A stretch of 48,978 bases of DNA, filler included, from Jimgerdemannia flammicorona (lineage: Eukaryota): assembly GCA_003990765.1 (NCBI GenBank). It is 2 parts of 2 records of this genome, joined end to end, with 100 filler letters (N's around TTAATTAATTAA, not from the genome) between each part and the next. Parts side by side here need not be neighbours in the genome. Positions count along the whole stretch, not along the records: positions 24,554 to 48,978 come from RBNJ01000975.1; 1 more part is not named here. One strand, 5' to 3'. Position 1 is the stretch's first letter. Every line of letters begins with the position of its first letter. The notes under the pieces are model-generated. The model was not told the DNA's origin, did no database searches, and saw only the letters and a list, made by a program, of their open reading frames with translations. A program made the position numbers and the translations under genes. This document shows positions 24,554-36,427 of this stretch, one piece after another.

Positions 24554-26070
24554 GCATATAATCCTACTACATGCACTGGCTGCAGAGATTGGGTTCATTC
24601 TTACACGCGCAACCTAAACATTACTGAAAAACACAAGCAAGTGTGAAGGGCTGAAAGTATACTTTATTTGCGTTGGCTTTCAAGAAAAGGAGAGTGGTCA
24701 AGAAACGGATGGAGTAAGGGCCGCGATGGTGTAGCCGGTAAGTACTGCCGAGGTGATATTTCTCATCGCGATTTCGGGATGTACAGATAGTCTCGGGTAT
24801 TAAGGGTAAAACACCACCCTGTAGAAAGTTGCCATGCCAGTGCAGTTTGAATTATCGAAGTATTAAGTGTTATTTGTTGATACATTAACATGACGGTCCG
24901 TCATCAACGTAAGCGGGTGCTAAGCTCGACGCATTCTCGCCAAAGAGGGCGTATTAAATAGGCATGCGCGTACCTGTGATACGGTTAGCTGATCTTTTGA
25001 TCCTCGACCACATGACTGCTGTGGATGCTGCGCCGAAGCAGCGTAACATTATTGCGCAGATCGGGTACCAGCAAATTCGAGCTTATTGCTATTTGTCATT
25101 TGCGTTGTCATCTTCTCCTACACATTTTACTCCCTTCTAATGGGAAATACTGTTTTCCGACTATTGTCTCCAATAATGTCAAGGTTACTTTCTGGATTAT
25201 TATATATGTAATTACGCTATTAACAATATATGTTCTACTGCACAGGTTCGAAGTATGCGAGAAATGTAAAAACTGAGAAGGGACCAATAGCAGTTCCCTC
25301 GCCACCTCATGTCATGCTTTATTGCTTTCTGGACCAACAAATTCTCAGATTAGCAACAGGAAGATTACGGTTGTCTTCAAGACTGAGTTCAATGTTCAGT
25401 GCATTGATGTTTTCTAGAAGCCGTGTTCTCAGCTGCTTATCAAAGATCTCGACGGTGATTTTGTAATTTTTACAAAGAGCTCTGACACAGATCATCGGAC
25501 TCGGCGCTTTTCGAAAATGAAATTCGCAAACAAATCGTAATTTTCCATTTTGGCAGAGTTTGCATATCTTCAATCATTGAGGGTACGATTAGGTTCCCGC
25601 TTACAAAGTACGTCCCATCAGTGGTCATGCGTGGTGACAATCGCGGTAGGTGGCTGTGGATATCGCAGATCCTAATCTAATGGTCTAATGGAAGACGGCA
25701 GTGTGGATTAGGACGGCTTTGAAATCGCTCTGGCAGCTCGTCACGGGGGTGCCACCACAGGATATTGCGTCCGTTACCGTCCCGAGGAACCCAGATCGAT
25801 TGCGTGAGAACATGATCCACGGCCCGCCAGCGGAGTTTGAGGGGTTGAGGCGGTGCTGAAAGCGTGCTAGTGTGAAGATCCTGCGCAGCGACCGTACATG
25901 TGGCAGATTTTTCATCAATTGGCGTGTTGGCGTCGTTCCTTCAAGAGCGTAGCCATTGATGACTTCGTTAATTGAGGAACTGGCGTCTGGTCAGGCACTG
26001 CTCCGTCATTTGTATAATAGGGTTGGGACGCCTATTAGTCGTTTTTATTCTCACAACTTACTCCAGCAAC

Positions 26071-26117
<47 letters not shown>

Positions 26118-26509
26118 GGCGAATCTACTTACTTTACAATCGGGACCGTTTCGTGTAAGAGTATAAAAAGCAACGAGATAAAAAACATGTCTTAGCATCA
26201 AAGTAGACCTCCTTCTTCTGTAATGGTTTCCATTGCGATCTTGTGTTCTCTTTCCCGAAACGTAGATTTCGCCGTGTCCACAAGATGAAAGGCAAGCAGA
26301 ATTATGAGCTTACATCAAAACATACAATCTGCTCACACTCCGTCTTTTTTTCAATGTGTCAATTTTTGGACTTGATATGTACATGTTATGTATTTCGCTC
26401 TCCTTGATGTCCATCTACGCTAGAGCCACTGACCGCCTGTCACATTTCCGTGCTTGTCGGCCTTGCCACTTTCGCTGTATCTATTATATGGAAATTTTAC
26501 CTTCTGCAG

Positions 26510-26712
26510 ATGCATACGGCAATGACTTGATCGTCTCTGTGTTCTACACGTTTTACACCCCACAACCCTCGCCAGAATATGCATCGATCCTCTCTCTTTA
26601 TTTCAAGAAGATTATGATCGAGGTTGGCCCCGCTCTCCCGCTCAATGGTGGCACATACAACTGCATACTGAATACGACTTTGAAACTATTTGAGGCCGTT
26701 GCTGCTTTCTGA
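26510..26712 (+). pseudogene. APC-family amino acid permease exon fragment, copy 1
   Basis: GNDLIVSVFY...FKKIMIEVGPALPLNGGTYNCILNTTLK matches the APC permease loop EV..ALPLNGG.Y..L.NTT.K. It is preceded by a TTCTGCAG acceptor; the rest of the gene is absent. Confidence 0.75.
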
Positions 26713-27519
26713 TGATGCTAGTATCACTTTGTTAGGCCTTCCAAACCGGCGTTCGCTATGTTGTCCTTATGGGGACGAATGTCATCCGTGGCACTATCGC
26801 CTCCGCCATCCTTGCCGCTAACTGGAACGACAACATACTCAGTCGCCTCACCCGGTACAGATTTTCAACGGCCTCCGCGTTGGCTAATTGCAGTGAACTA
26901 CGTTGAAGACCAGAAATCCTAAAGGTGATGCGCTACATGTGGGGCTTGGTATTCTTCAATGCTTTCATCGCCTTGGTGACGATGGCAGTCCTCTTTGATC
27001 TCATTCCATCTTTTTACTGTCATCGTTTCTCTTCACCACATCTGTGCTTGTAAACTTTTCTTTTTCGGATTTCGGAACAATTATTCTTGTCAATAAAATG
27101 AGATACGTATGGTCGCTTGAGAACAGGTCTGATGACCCACAGAATGCTCCAGAACGTCGTTCAGAACAACGTTATGAAGCGGTCGCGTAAGAGAGAATGC
27201 AGCTGACAGAGATCCCATTTTACAACTCGCGCTCTGGAATTCTGCGCAGTTTGTGTACCAACGTTCGCGGCTCGGTCACTGACCAAGCAGAACGCCCCGG
27301 ACTGCCTTAGTAGTTCATAGAAAGTTCGTGTAGCATATCTGGCATACATCTGTTCTGATGCTATTTGAGCGTTCTACTGAATAAATTGTCACTGCCTTAT
27401 AGTTTTTTTTTTTTATACAAATCAATAAAATAAGACTACAAATAAATCTAATTTGCTTATGAATGAGTTGGACAGATGGACGTAGAACGGCGCCTTAAAT
27501 GCAGAACAATGATAAGCCA

Positions 27520-27745
27520 AAAAAAAAAAGCGATGAATGGCGACTAAGCGCAAACCAATGACGACTAAGCACAGAAATGGCAATGAAGACTATTTAGTGC
27601 AGAAAAGCAATGAACGACTAAGCGCAGAATGGCGATGACGACGACGACGGACGATGGATGCTGGATAAGCACAAAACGATGAAAATGATTAAGCGCAGAA
27701 AGCCGATTGCAGAGAGCCGACTAAATGCAGAATGACGATGACAAT
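27520..27745. repeat. Degenerate minisatellite (GACGACTAAGCGCAGAA..GGCGATGA), short version
   Basis: Repeated GACTAAGCGCAGAA core; paralogous to the longer array at 39760-40315. Confidence 0.75.
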
Positions 27746-28602
27746 ACTCTGCATGGGTCAACCTAGAAGGCGAACAGAGTGGTTTCCTCTGAGACTCTCA
27801 TTGAAAGGATTGACGGTCGGGTGTTTATGAACGAGCTATAATAGACCTATAACATCGACTCACGGGCACCTGCGGCTGACATGACTCGTACTATGCACTA
27901 TGTAGTGCGTTCACAACAGGAGAACCTCGGGGTCGACAATCTCGGTGTGGGGGTTTCGTAGAGGGCGTAGGCATGTGGGCGTGTGGGCGTGGGAAGGAAA
28001 GAGGAGTGGGCGTGGGAAAGAAAGGAGGGGTATGACCACGACTATAAAATTAACATTGAATTCCTTACCTCACATGAAGGACAACTTACAGACCACGCAA
28101 ACAGAGCTACACATACAGTACGCAGGTTTCTCTAAACGTAGCCGTTGCACAACCCTAAAAAAGGGCTCGTTTAAAACGTGCGCCTGAATTTGGTCTTGGA
28201 ACCAACGCCCAATTTGCCAGTCAATATATACATACGCCCATTATAAACCTGTGACTATCAAAGCTAATTGCAATAATCGTGTCATCTGACTCAAGTCAAT
28301 ACTACTCCCACTTACACAAATATTTTTTCAAAAATAGTTTCATTGCATTGTAGGAAAACTATTTAGTTATAAATCTATGAAACTCTTTTTATATATATTT
28401 TAATATTTTATTGAAGAATAAACCTTTTAAAAACTCATTTTTGGCTTGGGTTGCCAGCTAAGAAAGCAGTCAATTAGTTGGCAAAAGTGATGTCACCCAA
28501 TTTGGTGACTTCTAGAGTGATGTCACTATTATGTGATGCCCGGTTGTTTGGCGCACTATATATCTCTATTTTATCTTAATCCAACGCATTCCTGTCCTTA
28601 AC

Positions 28603-29118
28603 ATGGGCAACATGTGTTCCTCAAGACTTCCGCACCGCGCACCTCTTGAAGTTAATACATCCTGCTCTATCCCTACGATGGAGGTGTCCGGAGTGTTCAT
28701 AGTGCGCTTCATCCAGATGTTCCACGACCAGGTCCTGCTGAAGAACCGAAAACACTGGGGTATCGTGGAGCTTGACTTGCGGTTCTCGAACTCAGAGCCG
28801 GAGAGGCTGGTGGCAGCCACGGCAAAAGGTCCCACGGTTAGTAGGAACCGAAAAGAAATGTTGACGAAGCTCAAATCCGTGGAGCGAAGTGCTTGCGACC
28901 GGCTGAACTGGGCGACCTTCTGGAACTTCGTCGAAGAGCACTTTGATCAGACGGAGGAAGAGTTCGAAAGATTCAAACTGGAGCTCATGACAAAGGTAAA
29001 TAGGGGCCGGCTCAGTGTCGACCACATTATTACAGAGGCAAATCCTTCGGTGTACTGGCAGTCGAAGGACCCCGACATGCGCTTGATTCGTTTTCAGCTC
29101 CATTTTAAACCAATTTAG
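28603..29118 (+). CDS. Unknown 'MGN' family protein, copy 1 (intact, 171 aa, MGNMCSS)
   Basis: Intronless ORF paralogous to seven other loci. Conserved blocks: GVFIVRFIQM.HD, LDLRF.NSEPERLVA, NW.TFW.FVEE.FDQTEEEFE.FK and KDPDMRLIRFQLHF. Confidence 0.8.
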   Translation: MGNMCSSRLPHRAPLEVNTSCSIPTMEVSGVFIVRFIQMFHDQVLLKNRKHWGIVELDLRFSNSEPERLVAATAKGPTVSRNRKEMLTKLKSVERSACDRLNWATFWNFVEEHFDQTEEEFERFKLELMTKVNRGRLSVDHIITEANPSVYWQSKDPDMRLIRFQLHFKPI

Positions 29119-29597
29119 AGAATGAGTTACCTATGAGTACAAATAACATTATGAACAATACATACTACTCTAATATGCCTATGCCTACACTGTTCGACCA
29201 TACCGCACTGATATCTTCCATTTAGGTATTCTAGTGTTTCCTGTAGTGAATGCATGGTGCTCAGTATAGGATCGAGAATTACCTTTTGTATTTATTTATG
29301 ACATTTCAATATGCAACTCGTATGAATTAATTCCGGTATAGCGAGACCAAGAACAGTTGGAACTTTTATGGTCTGAGTTATGTGAATAAACTGATATGTT
29401 GTATCGAAAGCTTTATATGTGCATTCTGATATATTTAAAATTCAAGCAGATTCCAGTTTTCATCCTATCGGTACGGACCCAAGGAATCTTATATGTTATC
29501 ACCATGTAAGTTGGTATTTCAGAGGTTGGGGTTACACGGTATACTGGAATCCGTACTGGATGATTCAGTTCTGTTGCAGATCCCAAACATCGAAATC

Positions 29598-30255
29598 TCT
29601 AAAGCGTCGATAGTCACAACACGGCTGTACCTGAATTATTTTTAGATTGGTCACACATTTCTCCATTTGGCTGAGCTCTGAGCATCGCCACGTAATTTGG
29701 CTGAGTTATGTGTCTTCCATTTCTAAGTCAAATATATAAAGATAATATAGAAACATCTCAACACATCTAAAAAATCTTATACATATAACAATTGCACTGA
29801 TAATCCACTACTCAAAATGGCCCAAGAGTTTTGAAGTTGCTTTTTCAACATAAGAAATTTCTGCTGAAGAATTCAAAGAACAATGGCCACATATATCAAA
29901 TATATAATCTATCTGGAGCTCTGGTGAACCAAAGAATTGTGACAGCTGGACTACTTATAATTGCTATATGAAAAAGTATACAAAATCAAGTACACGAAAA
30001 GAAGGCATCCCAGATGACAAGTGTCGCAAGACACAAATTCGAGAGCCAGACTAGTGTTCTGTGAAAACCAAAGTCACTCACTTGGCTACAACATCAATGA
30101 TTCGAATCGAATGTATTTGAACATACACATAAGTGATATTTAAAACGTTCAGATGTAATTTAGATAACCCCTTATACGGGCTCAGCCAAATGGAGAAATG
30201 TGTGACCAATCTAAAAATAATTCAGGTACCGAGTTGTGACTATCGACGCTTTAGA
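29598..30255 (+). mobile_element. Non-autonomous DNA transposon with ~80-bp TIRs and a Mutator-like internal remnant
   Basis: 29598-29678 (TCTAAAGCGTCGATAGTCACAAC..TTTGGCTGAG) is the near-perfect reverse complement of ~30178-30255. The interior translates, with stops, to YNCYMKKYTKSSTRKEGIPDDKCRKTQIREPD*CSVKTKV..HTH. The element is absent from the paralogous sites near 36425 and 43820. Confidence 0.85.
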
Positions 30256-31020
30256 CAACCCCAATCTTCAGTTCGGGTTGAAACTTTTTGATCCAGGCAC
30301 ATAACATGACATGTGATTGTGCATATATCTATACACATCATCATCAAAACCATCACCCTGAGGATCAGTTGGAATTCGGATAAAGGATAGGAAGGGAAAT
30401 TCAGGTGCAGGTAGAGCTCTGACCCAGAAAATTACAAAAACCAACCCTGCAGCACTTTGAACCCGAAAAATGGCCGACCTGACGTTGTACCCAGTGACTC
30501 AACCCGTCGATTTGACATTTAAATCAAACTTTGAAATTCTGTTACTCAACTAAAACATGTCAAATTTTGATGTACTTTAGCTTGTTAGATTTGCCTTATC
30601 TAGGCCAATCCAGCGAAACAAAGATCATAAAATTTGGACATGTAACAGAATTTCAAAATTTGATTTAAATTCGGAATTTAAATCAAAATTTTGAATTTCT
30701 GTTACTTGACGAAAAAGTGTCCAATTTTTGATGTATTTCAGCTTGTTGTATTCGCCTCATTTAGGAAAATCCAGCACAACAAAGATCATAAAATTTGGAC
30801 ATGTTTTCGTCGAGTAACAAAATTTCAAAGTTTGGTTTAAATTTCAACAATGACATATCATCAGCATAAAGCTCCAAATGATCTGATTGATGGATCTTAT
30901 GATATTGAATCATGAAGTTCACCTGCCAGGACTCTGCCCCCGATGAACGTGAGATCATGTATTTGATCATATGTCATGATCATGTGCCTGGACCAAACCG
31001 AACCGAAGATTTCGGGTTGG
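30256..31020. mobile_element. Nested foldback/MITE-like structure
   Basis: Outer imperfect inverted repeats CAACCCCAATCTTCAGTTCGG..TCCAGGCACAT / ATGTGCCTGGA..CCGAACCGAAGATTTCGGGTTG enclose two tandem ~160-175-bp palindromic units (30515-30671 and 30674-30846). Confidence 0.75.
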
Positions 31021-31949
31021 GATCAAAGATTTCAAAGATTTCGGGTTGGACCAAACCCAATCCATGCGGAACAATCATGCATTCCCCTGCGCCAGAAGCA
31101 ACTCAGTTAGCGCCGATTTCAGATAGAAGTAAAACTTTATTTCTTAAATATTTAGTTCAGACCTTAAATTTGCCTTCGCAAGTATCTTTTTGGAGCAATA
31201 TTCTTCTTATTTAAATGACCTAGGAGAGGCTTGTGGTTTCAGCACTCGTTCACCCAGCGACTGAGCTCGTCGCATCTCAGCAATTAAGCGTATACTACGC
31301 CAGTAACTTAGCAATTAGTCGTTAGCAATTTCTCATTTCAATCTGTTTGCACATCCTTCCCACCCATCCCTTAGGGTTATGTACAATAAACGGTTCCTTC
31401 GCTTTAACGCGAATGGCGGGTCTTGGAAGCGTATGCTTCCATAAGCCAAATACATCTGCTTCATTCACATTTACATTTATTTCACGTACATTTATTTACA
31501 TTTTACGGTTTACGTCTTCGTATTTTATGCAAAGGACACTTTGTAGTAGCTTATACAACCTCAATATGCTGTCCATTTTGATGCATACTGGACCAGTAAA
31601 TCGGAGAGGGTTTTTTGCCCGATAAAAGCAAGCGAAAGTAATATTCCTTAAAGTAATATTCCTTAAAGCGATATTATTCTGTGCTGGGATCCTCTTGTAA
31701 ATTGTATGTTTGTCATGTTGAATGCAAGTATGGGAGGGAAATATGTGCTGAAGTTATGTTTGGGAGAATAAATATGCATTCTTGAAAATCTATCTTTCTC
31801 CCAATTATAACAGGTGTGCTATCTGCTAGATTCCAACCTTCATCGGCATGACGGTGCTGCTCTAATATAAAATATTGTAGATATAAATAAGGTCATTCGT
31901 GAGTATTTCACTAATTTTATCTTGTATTCATTTCGAGTTTCCTGTAGGA

Positions 31950-32680
31950 TTACCCGATCGGTCCCTTGACACGCACTAGAAATCATCGTCATCGGTTCTG
32001 CAGCCTGCCACCCCATTGCACAGTCTTTGAAGCCGCTGTCTCTCTCCCGACCGGCCGACGCACGTATATAAATCATGTAAATTGTCAAGGTTTGTCGAAC
32101 TCTTCACGACTTTCACCCTACTACCTCGCACGAAGTCTCCTATCTTTTGACATGGATTCCATCGCCTCTCACAACCGGAAACATTCAAAGCCTTTAGCAC
32201 TCAAAAAGTTGAAGCAAGGAATAGAATTCGAGGCTTACATGTATTATAATCACGCTTATGAATAGTTGACCCTTGACTTTAACAAGCAAAATCTCTTATA
32301 TACACAGCTTGTCAACATCTGCCTGACGACAATGGCCAAAATTCCCCGACTGTTCTCCTTTTCGGTCTTTCTCAACATCCCACAACCCACATCTATCTAA
32401 TGGCTTTTGCTTTTGCGTACGGTACTATCGAAACTCCTCCCGCGCACCAAACGGCTGACTGGTTGCAGACCGCGCATAAGTCCACGCTCCTCGGGCAACG
32501 TCTCTTCGAGTTCTATTACTTTGGCTACAGTCACAACGACTTCCACCCCGGCAATGTTATGTACGTTCACCATGAAACAATCATCCTGGTTAACGTTTCT
32601 GGTTAACGTCGGAATCTCCTGATACTTCGACGATACCAGTAGCTCTACGGGATTTCTATGGCTGACTCGAGTACCACCCC
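31950..32680 (+). pseudogene. Degenerate TKL-like protein kinase, copy 1
   Basis: Motifs appear in the correct order: VIGS../HCTVFEA (subdomain I), PLALKKLK (II), an intron ending TACACAG, LFGLSQHPTTHIYLM (IV-V), YSHNDFHPGNVMY (VIb), VNVGIS (VII-like) and FYG.LEY (VIII). Frameshifts and stops are present, and the C-lobe is truncated. Confidence 0.75.
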
Positions 32681-33284
32681 CCTCTCCCGATATCTTCATC
32701 CATGGGACACAATTGCGTCTGACAGCAATCGCACTGGCAGTTCGTCATGGGGTGCCACCACAGGTAGTGTGTCCGTTACCGTCGCGAGGAACCCAAATCG
32801 ATTACGCGCCAGCGGAGTTTGAAGGTTTGAGGCGGTGCTGAGAACGTGCTGGAATGAATATCCTACGCAGCGACCGTACGTTATCATCAGTTGGCGTGTT
32901 GGCGTCGTTCCTTTAAGAGCACGGCCATCCCGTTTTCGGTGCGGACTTCGTTCATTGAGGAACTGGAGTCTGGCCAGGCGCTGATCAGCCATTGGATGAT
33001 TACCTATTCGTCGGTTTTATTCTTACTCTAGCAACTGTAAAAAGGAAAAAAAAAAAAACATTAAAATCGAGGCCAATTCTTGTAAGAGTATAAAAAGCAA
33101 CGAAATGAAAACCATTGAAGTTCGATGTTAGCATCAAAGAATATCTTCGTCTGGAATTATTTCCATTGCGATATTGTGTTCTCCTTCCCGAAGCGCAGAT
33201 TTCGCCGTGTCCACAAGATATAGTCAAATGGAAGGCAAGCAGAATCGTGAGTTTACATCAAGCATACAATCTGCTCACATTCTG

Positions 33285-33374
<90 letters not shown>

Positions 33375-33520
33375 GTACCAATTTTGGCCTTGTTATGTAT
33401 TTCGCTCTCCTTGATGATGTCCATCTACGCTAAAGTCACTGACCGCCTGTCACATTTTCTGTGCTTGCCGGCCTTGCCACTTTCGCTGTATCTATTATAT
33501 GAAGATTTTAAATTCTGCAG

Positions 33521-33745
33521 ACGCACACGACAACGACTTGATCATCTCTGTGCTCTACAAGTTTTGCACCACCACAGCCCTTGCCAAAATGTGCACCGAT
33601 CTCTCTCTTTATCGTCACCATCATGATTCATCTTTTCAAGAAGATTGTGATCGAGGTTGGCACCGCTCTCCCGCTCAACGGTGGCACATATAACTGCATG
33701 CTGAATACGACTTTGAAACTATTTGAGGCCGTTGCTGCTTTCTGA
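33521..33745 (+). pseudogene. APC-family amino acid permease exon fragment, copy 2
   Basis: DNDLIISVLY.., then frameshifted FKKIVIEVGTALPLNGGTYNCMLNTTLK; duplicate of 26510-26712. Confidence 0.75.
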
Positions 33746-34399
33746 TGATGCCAGTATCAATTTGTTAGGCCTTCCAAACCGGCGTTCGCTATCTTCACCC
33801 TTCATTGTTGTCCTTACGGGGATGAGTGCCATCCTTGCTGCTAACTGGAACGACAACATACTCAGTCGCCTCACCCGGTACAGATTTTCAACGGCTTCCG
33901 CGTTGGCTAATTGCAGTGAACTACGTTGAAGAACAGAAAACTTAAAGGTGATGCGCAACATGTGGGGCTTGGTATTCTTCAATGCTCCCATCGCCTTGGT
34001 GACGACGGCAGTCCTCTCTTGATTTCATCCATCTTTTTACTGTCACTGTTTCTCTTCACCACATCTGTACTTGTAAATCTTTTCTTTTTCGGATTTCGGA
34101 ACAATTATTCTTGTCAATAAAACAATGGATTTGCGAGATACTTACGATCGCTCGAGAACAAGTCTGATGGCCCACAGAATGCTGCAGAACGTCGTTCTGA
34201 ACAACTTATGAAGCGGTCGCATAAGAGTGTGCAGCTGACAGAGATCCCATTTTACAACTCGCGCTCTGGAATTCTGCGCAGTTTGTGTACCAGCGTTCGC
34301 GGTTCGGTCGCCGACCAAGCAGAACGCCACGGACTGCCTTAGTGGCTCATAGAAAGTCCGTGTAGCATATCAGGCATGTATCGGAGGAATAATCGCAGC

Positions 34400-34700
34400 A
34401 AGTGGAAACTTGGCGGCAGAGGAAAATTGTGGCAAGAGGAAACTTGGCAGCCGAGGGGAATTGCGGCAAGCGGAAACATGGCAGCGGAGGGAAATTGCAG
34501 CAAGAGGGAATGGAAACTTGGCAGCGGACTGAAATTGCGGCAAGAGGGAACAGTGGAGGGCACAATGGAGGGAACGGAAACTTGGCAGTGGAAGGAACGA
34601 AGGTGGTGGAGGGAACAAAACTTGCCGGTGGAGGGAACAGAAACTTGGCGGTAGAGGGAACAGAAATTTGGCGGTGGAAGGAGCGGAAACTTAGCAAGGG
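34400..34700. repeat. ~21-24-bp purine-rich minisatellite (GGAAACTTGGCAGCGGAGG-like)
   Basis: Repeated GAAACTTGGC(A/G)G core alternating with GGAAATTGCGGCAAG units. Confidence 0.85.
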
Positions 34701-34964
34701 AGGAGACGTGGAAAGGTGATAAAGGAGAAGTCGTCTCTTTAGCTCAAACTCATGTGATCTTTTTGATTGATTCAACATAGGTGCTTAGGACGTAAAGTGT
34801 CGATCCAGTTTCTTGTCGTCCTTTTCGTCGAGTCTCGATCCATCCACGATTTGAAGTTTTGAGCGCCATAGCCTCCTCCAGAGAATGTGACTGTTAAATC
34901 AGGTACGGCATAACCCTCACGCATTTCATTTTATATCTTGGCCCAATGTATTCCTGTCCTTAGC

Positions 34965-35153
34965 ATGGGAAACGTATGTTCTCGTCATAATGCCTCAGAA
35001 AATCTGCCCCCCGCACCTCCTGTAGATAAGTTATCCTGCCTTAGCCCTACGATGGAGGTGTACGGAGTGTTCGTAGTGTGCTTCATCCAAATGATCCACG
35101 ACCGGCCTCGCACGCAGAGCTGGTCCTTCAACGTAGCCGTTGCACAACCTTAA
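34965..35153 (+). pseudogene. MGN family copy 2: 5' fragment fused to unrelated repeat sequence
   Basis: MGNVCSR..PTMEVYGVFVVCFIQMIHD, then from ~35110 sequence matching 28135-28198 and 40818-40890. Confidence 0.75.
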
Positions 35154-35442
35154 AAAGGGCTCGTTTATCAAACGCGTGCGCCTGATTTTGGTCTTTTCGA
35201 GTGCTAAGTGAGCACGCCGCACCTGGCCGTTCTCCTTTCACCAATGCTTTGTCTTAACGCTGAACGATACGTTCTCCAACGGGGACTCTGCCAGTCAATA
35301 CAATACGCCCATTCGTCGTCATAAGGCGTATTCCGAATCACTATATTGTTACACAACCCATCGCTAAATTGCGAGAAAGATTTTCGTAAATCCATTACAT
35401 TTATTTCATTTTATCTTAATCTAACGCATTCCTGTCCTTAAC

Positions 35443-35892
35443 ATGGGCAACATATGTTCCTCAAGACTTCCGCACCGCGCACCTCCTGAAGTTAAGGTAT
35501 CCTGCCCTATCCCTACGATGGAGGTGTCCGGAGTGTTCATAGTGCGCTTCATCCAGATGGTCCACGACCAGGTCCTGCTGAAGAACCGAAAACACTGGGG
35601 CATCGTGGTGCTTGACTTGCGGTTCTCGAGCTCAGAGCCGGAGAGGCTGGTGGCCGTCACGGCAAAAGATCCCGCCGATAGTAGGAACCGAAAAGAAATG
35701 TTGACGAAGCTCAAATCCGTGGAGCGAAGTGCCTGCGACCGCCTGAACTGGACAACCTTCTGGACAAAGGTGAATAGGGGACGGCTCAGTGTCGACCACA
35801 TTATTACAGAGGCAAATCCATTGGTGTACTAGCAGTCGAAGGACCCCGACATGCGCTTGATTCGCTTTCAGCTCCATTTTCAACCAATTTAG
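35443..35892 (+). pseudogene. MGN family copy 3 (22-codon in-frame deletion and TGG>TAG stop at 35830)
   Basis: Lacks NFVEEHFDQTEEEFERFKLELM relative to copy 1. Homology continues past the premature stop to the original TAG at 35890-35892. Confidence 0.85.
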
Positions 35893-36427
35893 GGAATGAG
35901 TTGCCTATGAGTACAAATAACATTATGAACAATACACACTACTCTAATATGCCTATGCCTATATACTGTTCGACCATGCCGCACTAATATCTTCCATTTA
36001 GGTATTTCTATGTTAGGATCGAATTATCTTTTGTATTTATTTATGACATTTCAATATGCTTATGGCTAATATTAAAATATGCAACTCTCGTATGAATTAA
36101 TTTCGGTATAGCGAGACCAAGAACAGTAGGAACTTTTACAGTCTGAGTTATGTAAATAAATTGATATGTTGTATCAAAATCTTTGTCATGTGCATTCTGA
36201 TATATTTAAATTCAAGCAGATTCCAGTTTTTATCTACCGTTTTTTGGTCGGGAATGCATCGGTACGGACCCAAGGAATCTTATACGTAATCACCATGTAA
36301 GTTGGTATTTCAGAAATTGGGGTCACACGGTATACTGGAGTCCGTGCTGGATGATTCGATTCTGTTGCAGATCCCAAACGGAAATAAGAATTCGACACGC
36401 AACTCCAGAAGCATTCGAAATCTGGTA

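Noticed and set aside
24720..24790. tRNA-like start GCCGCGATGGTGTAGCCGGTAAGTAC
   Set aside because: It is A-box-like, but there is no B-box (GTTCRA) or cloverleaf; only a CGCGATG/CATCGCG hairpin is present.
24900..25600. Short ORFs after the gap
   Set aside because: They have no recognisable homology or codon bias and cannot be supported.
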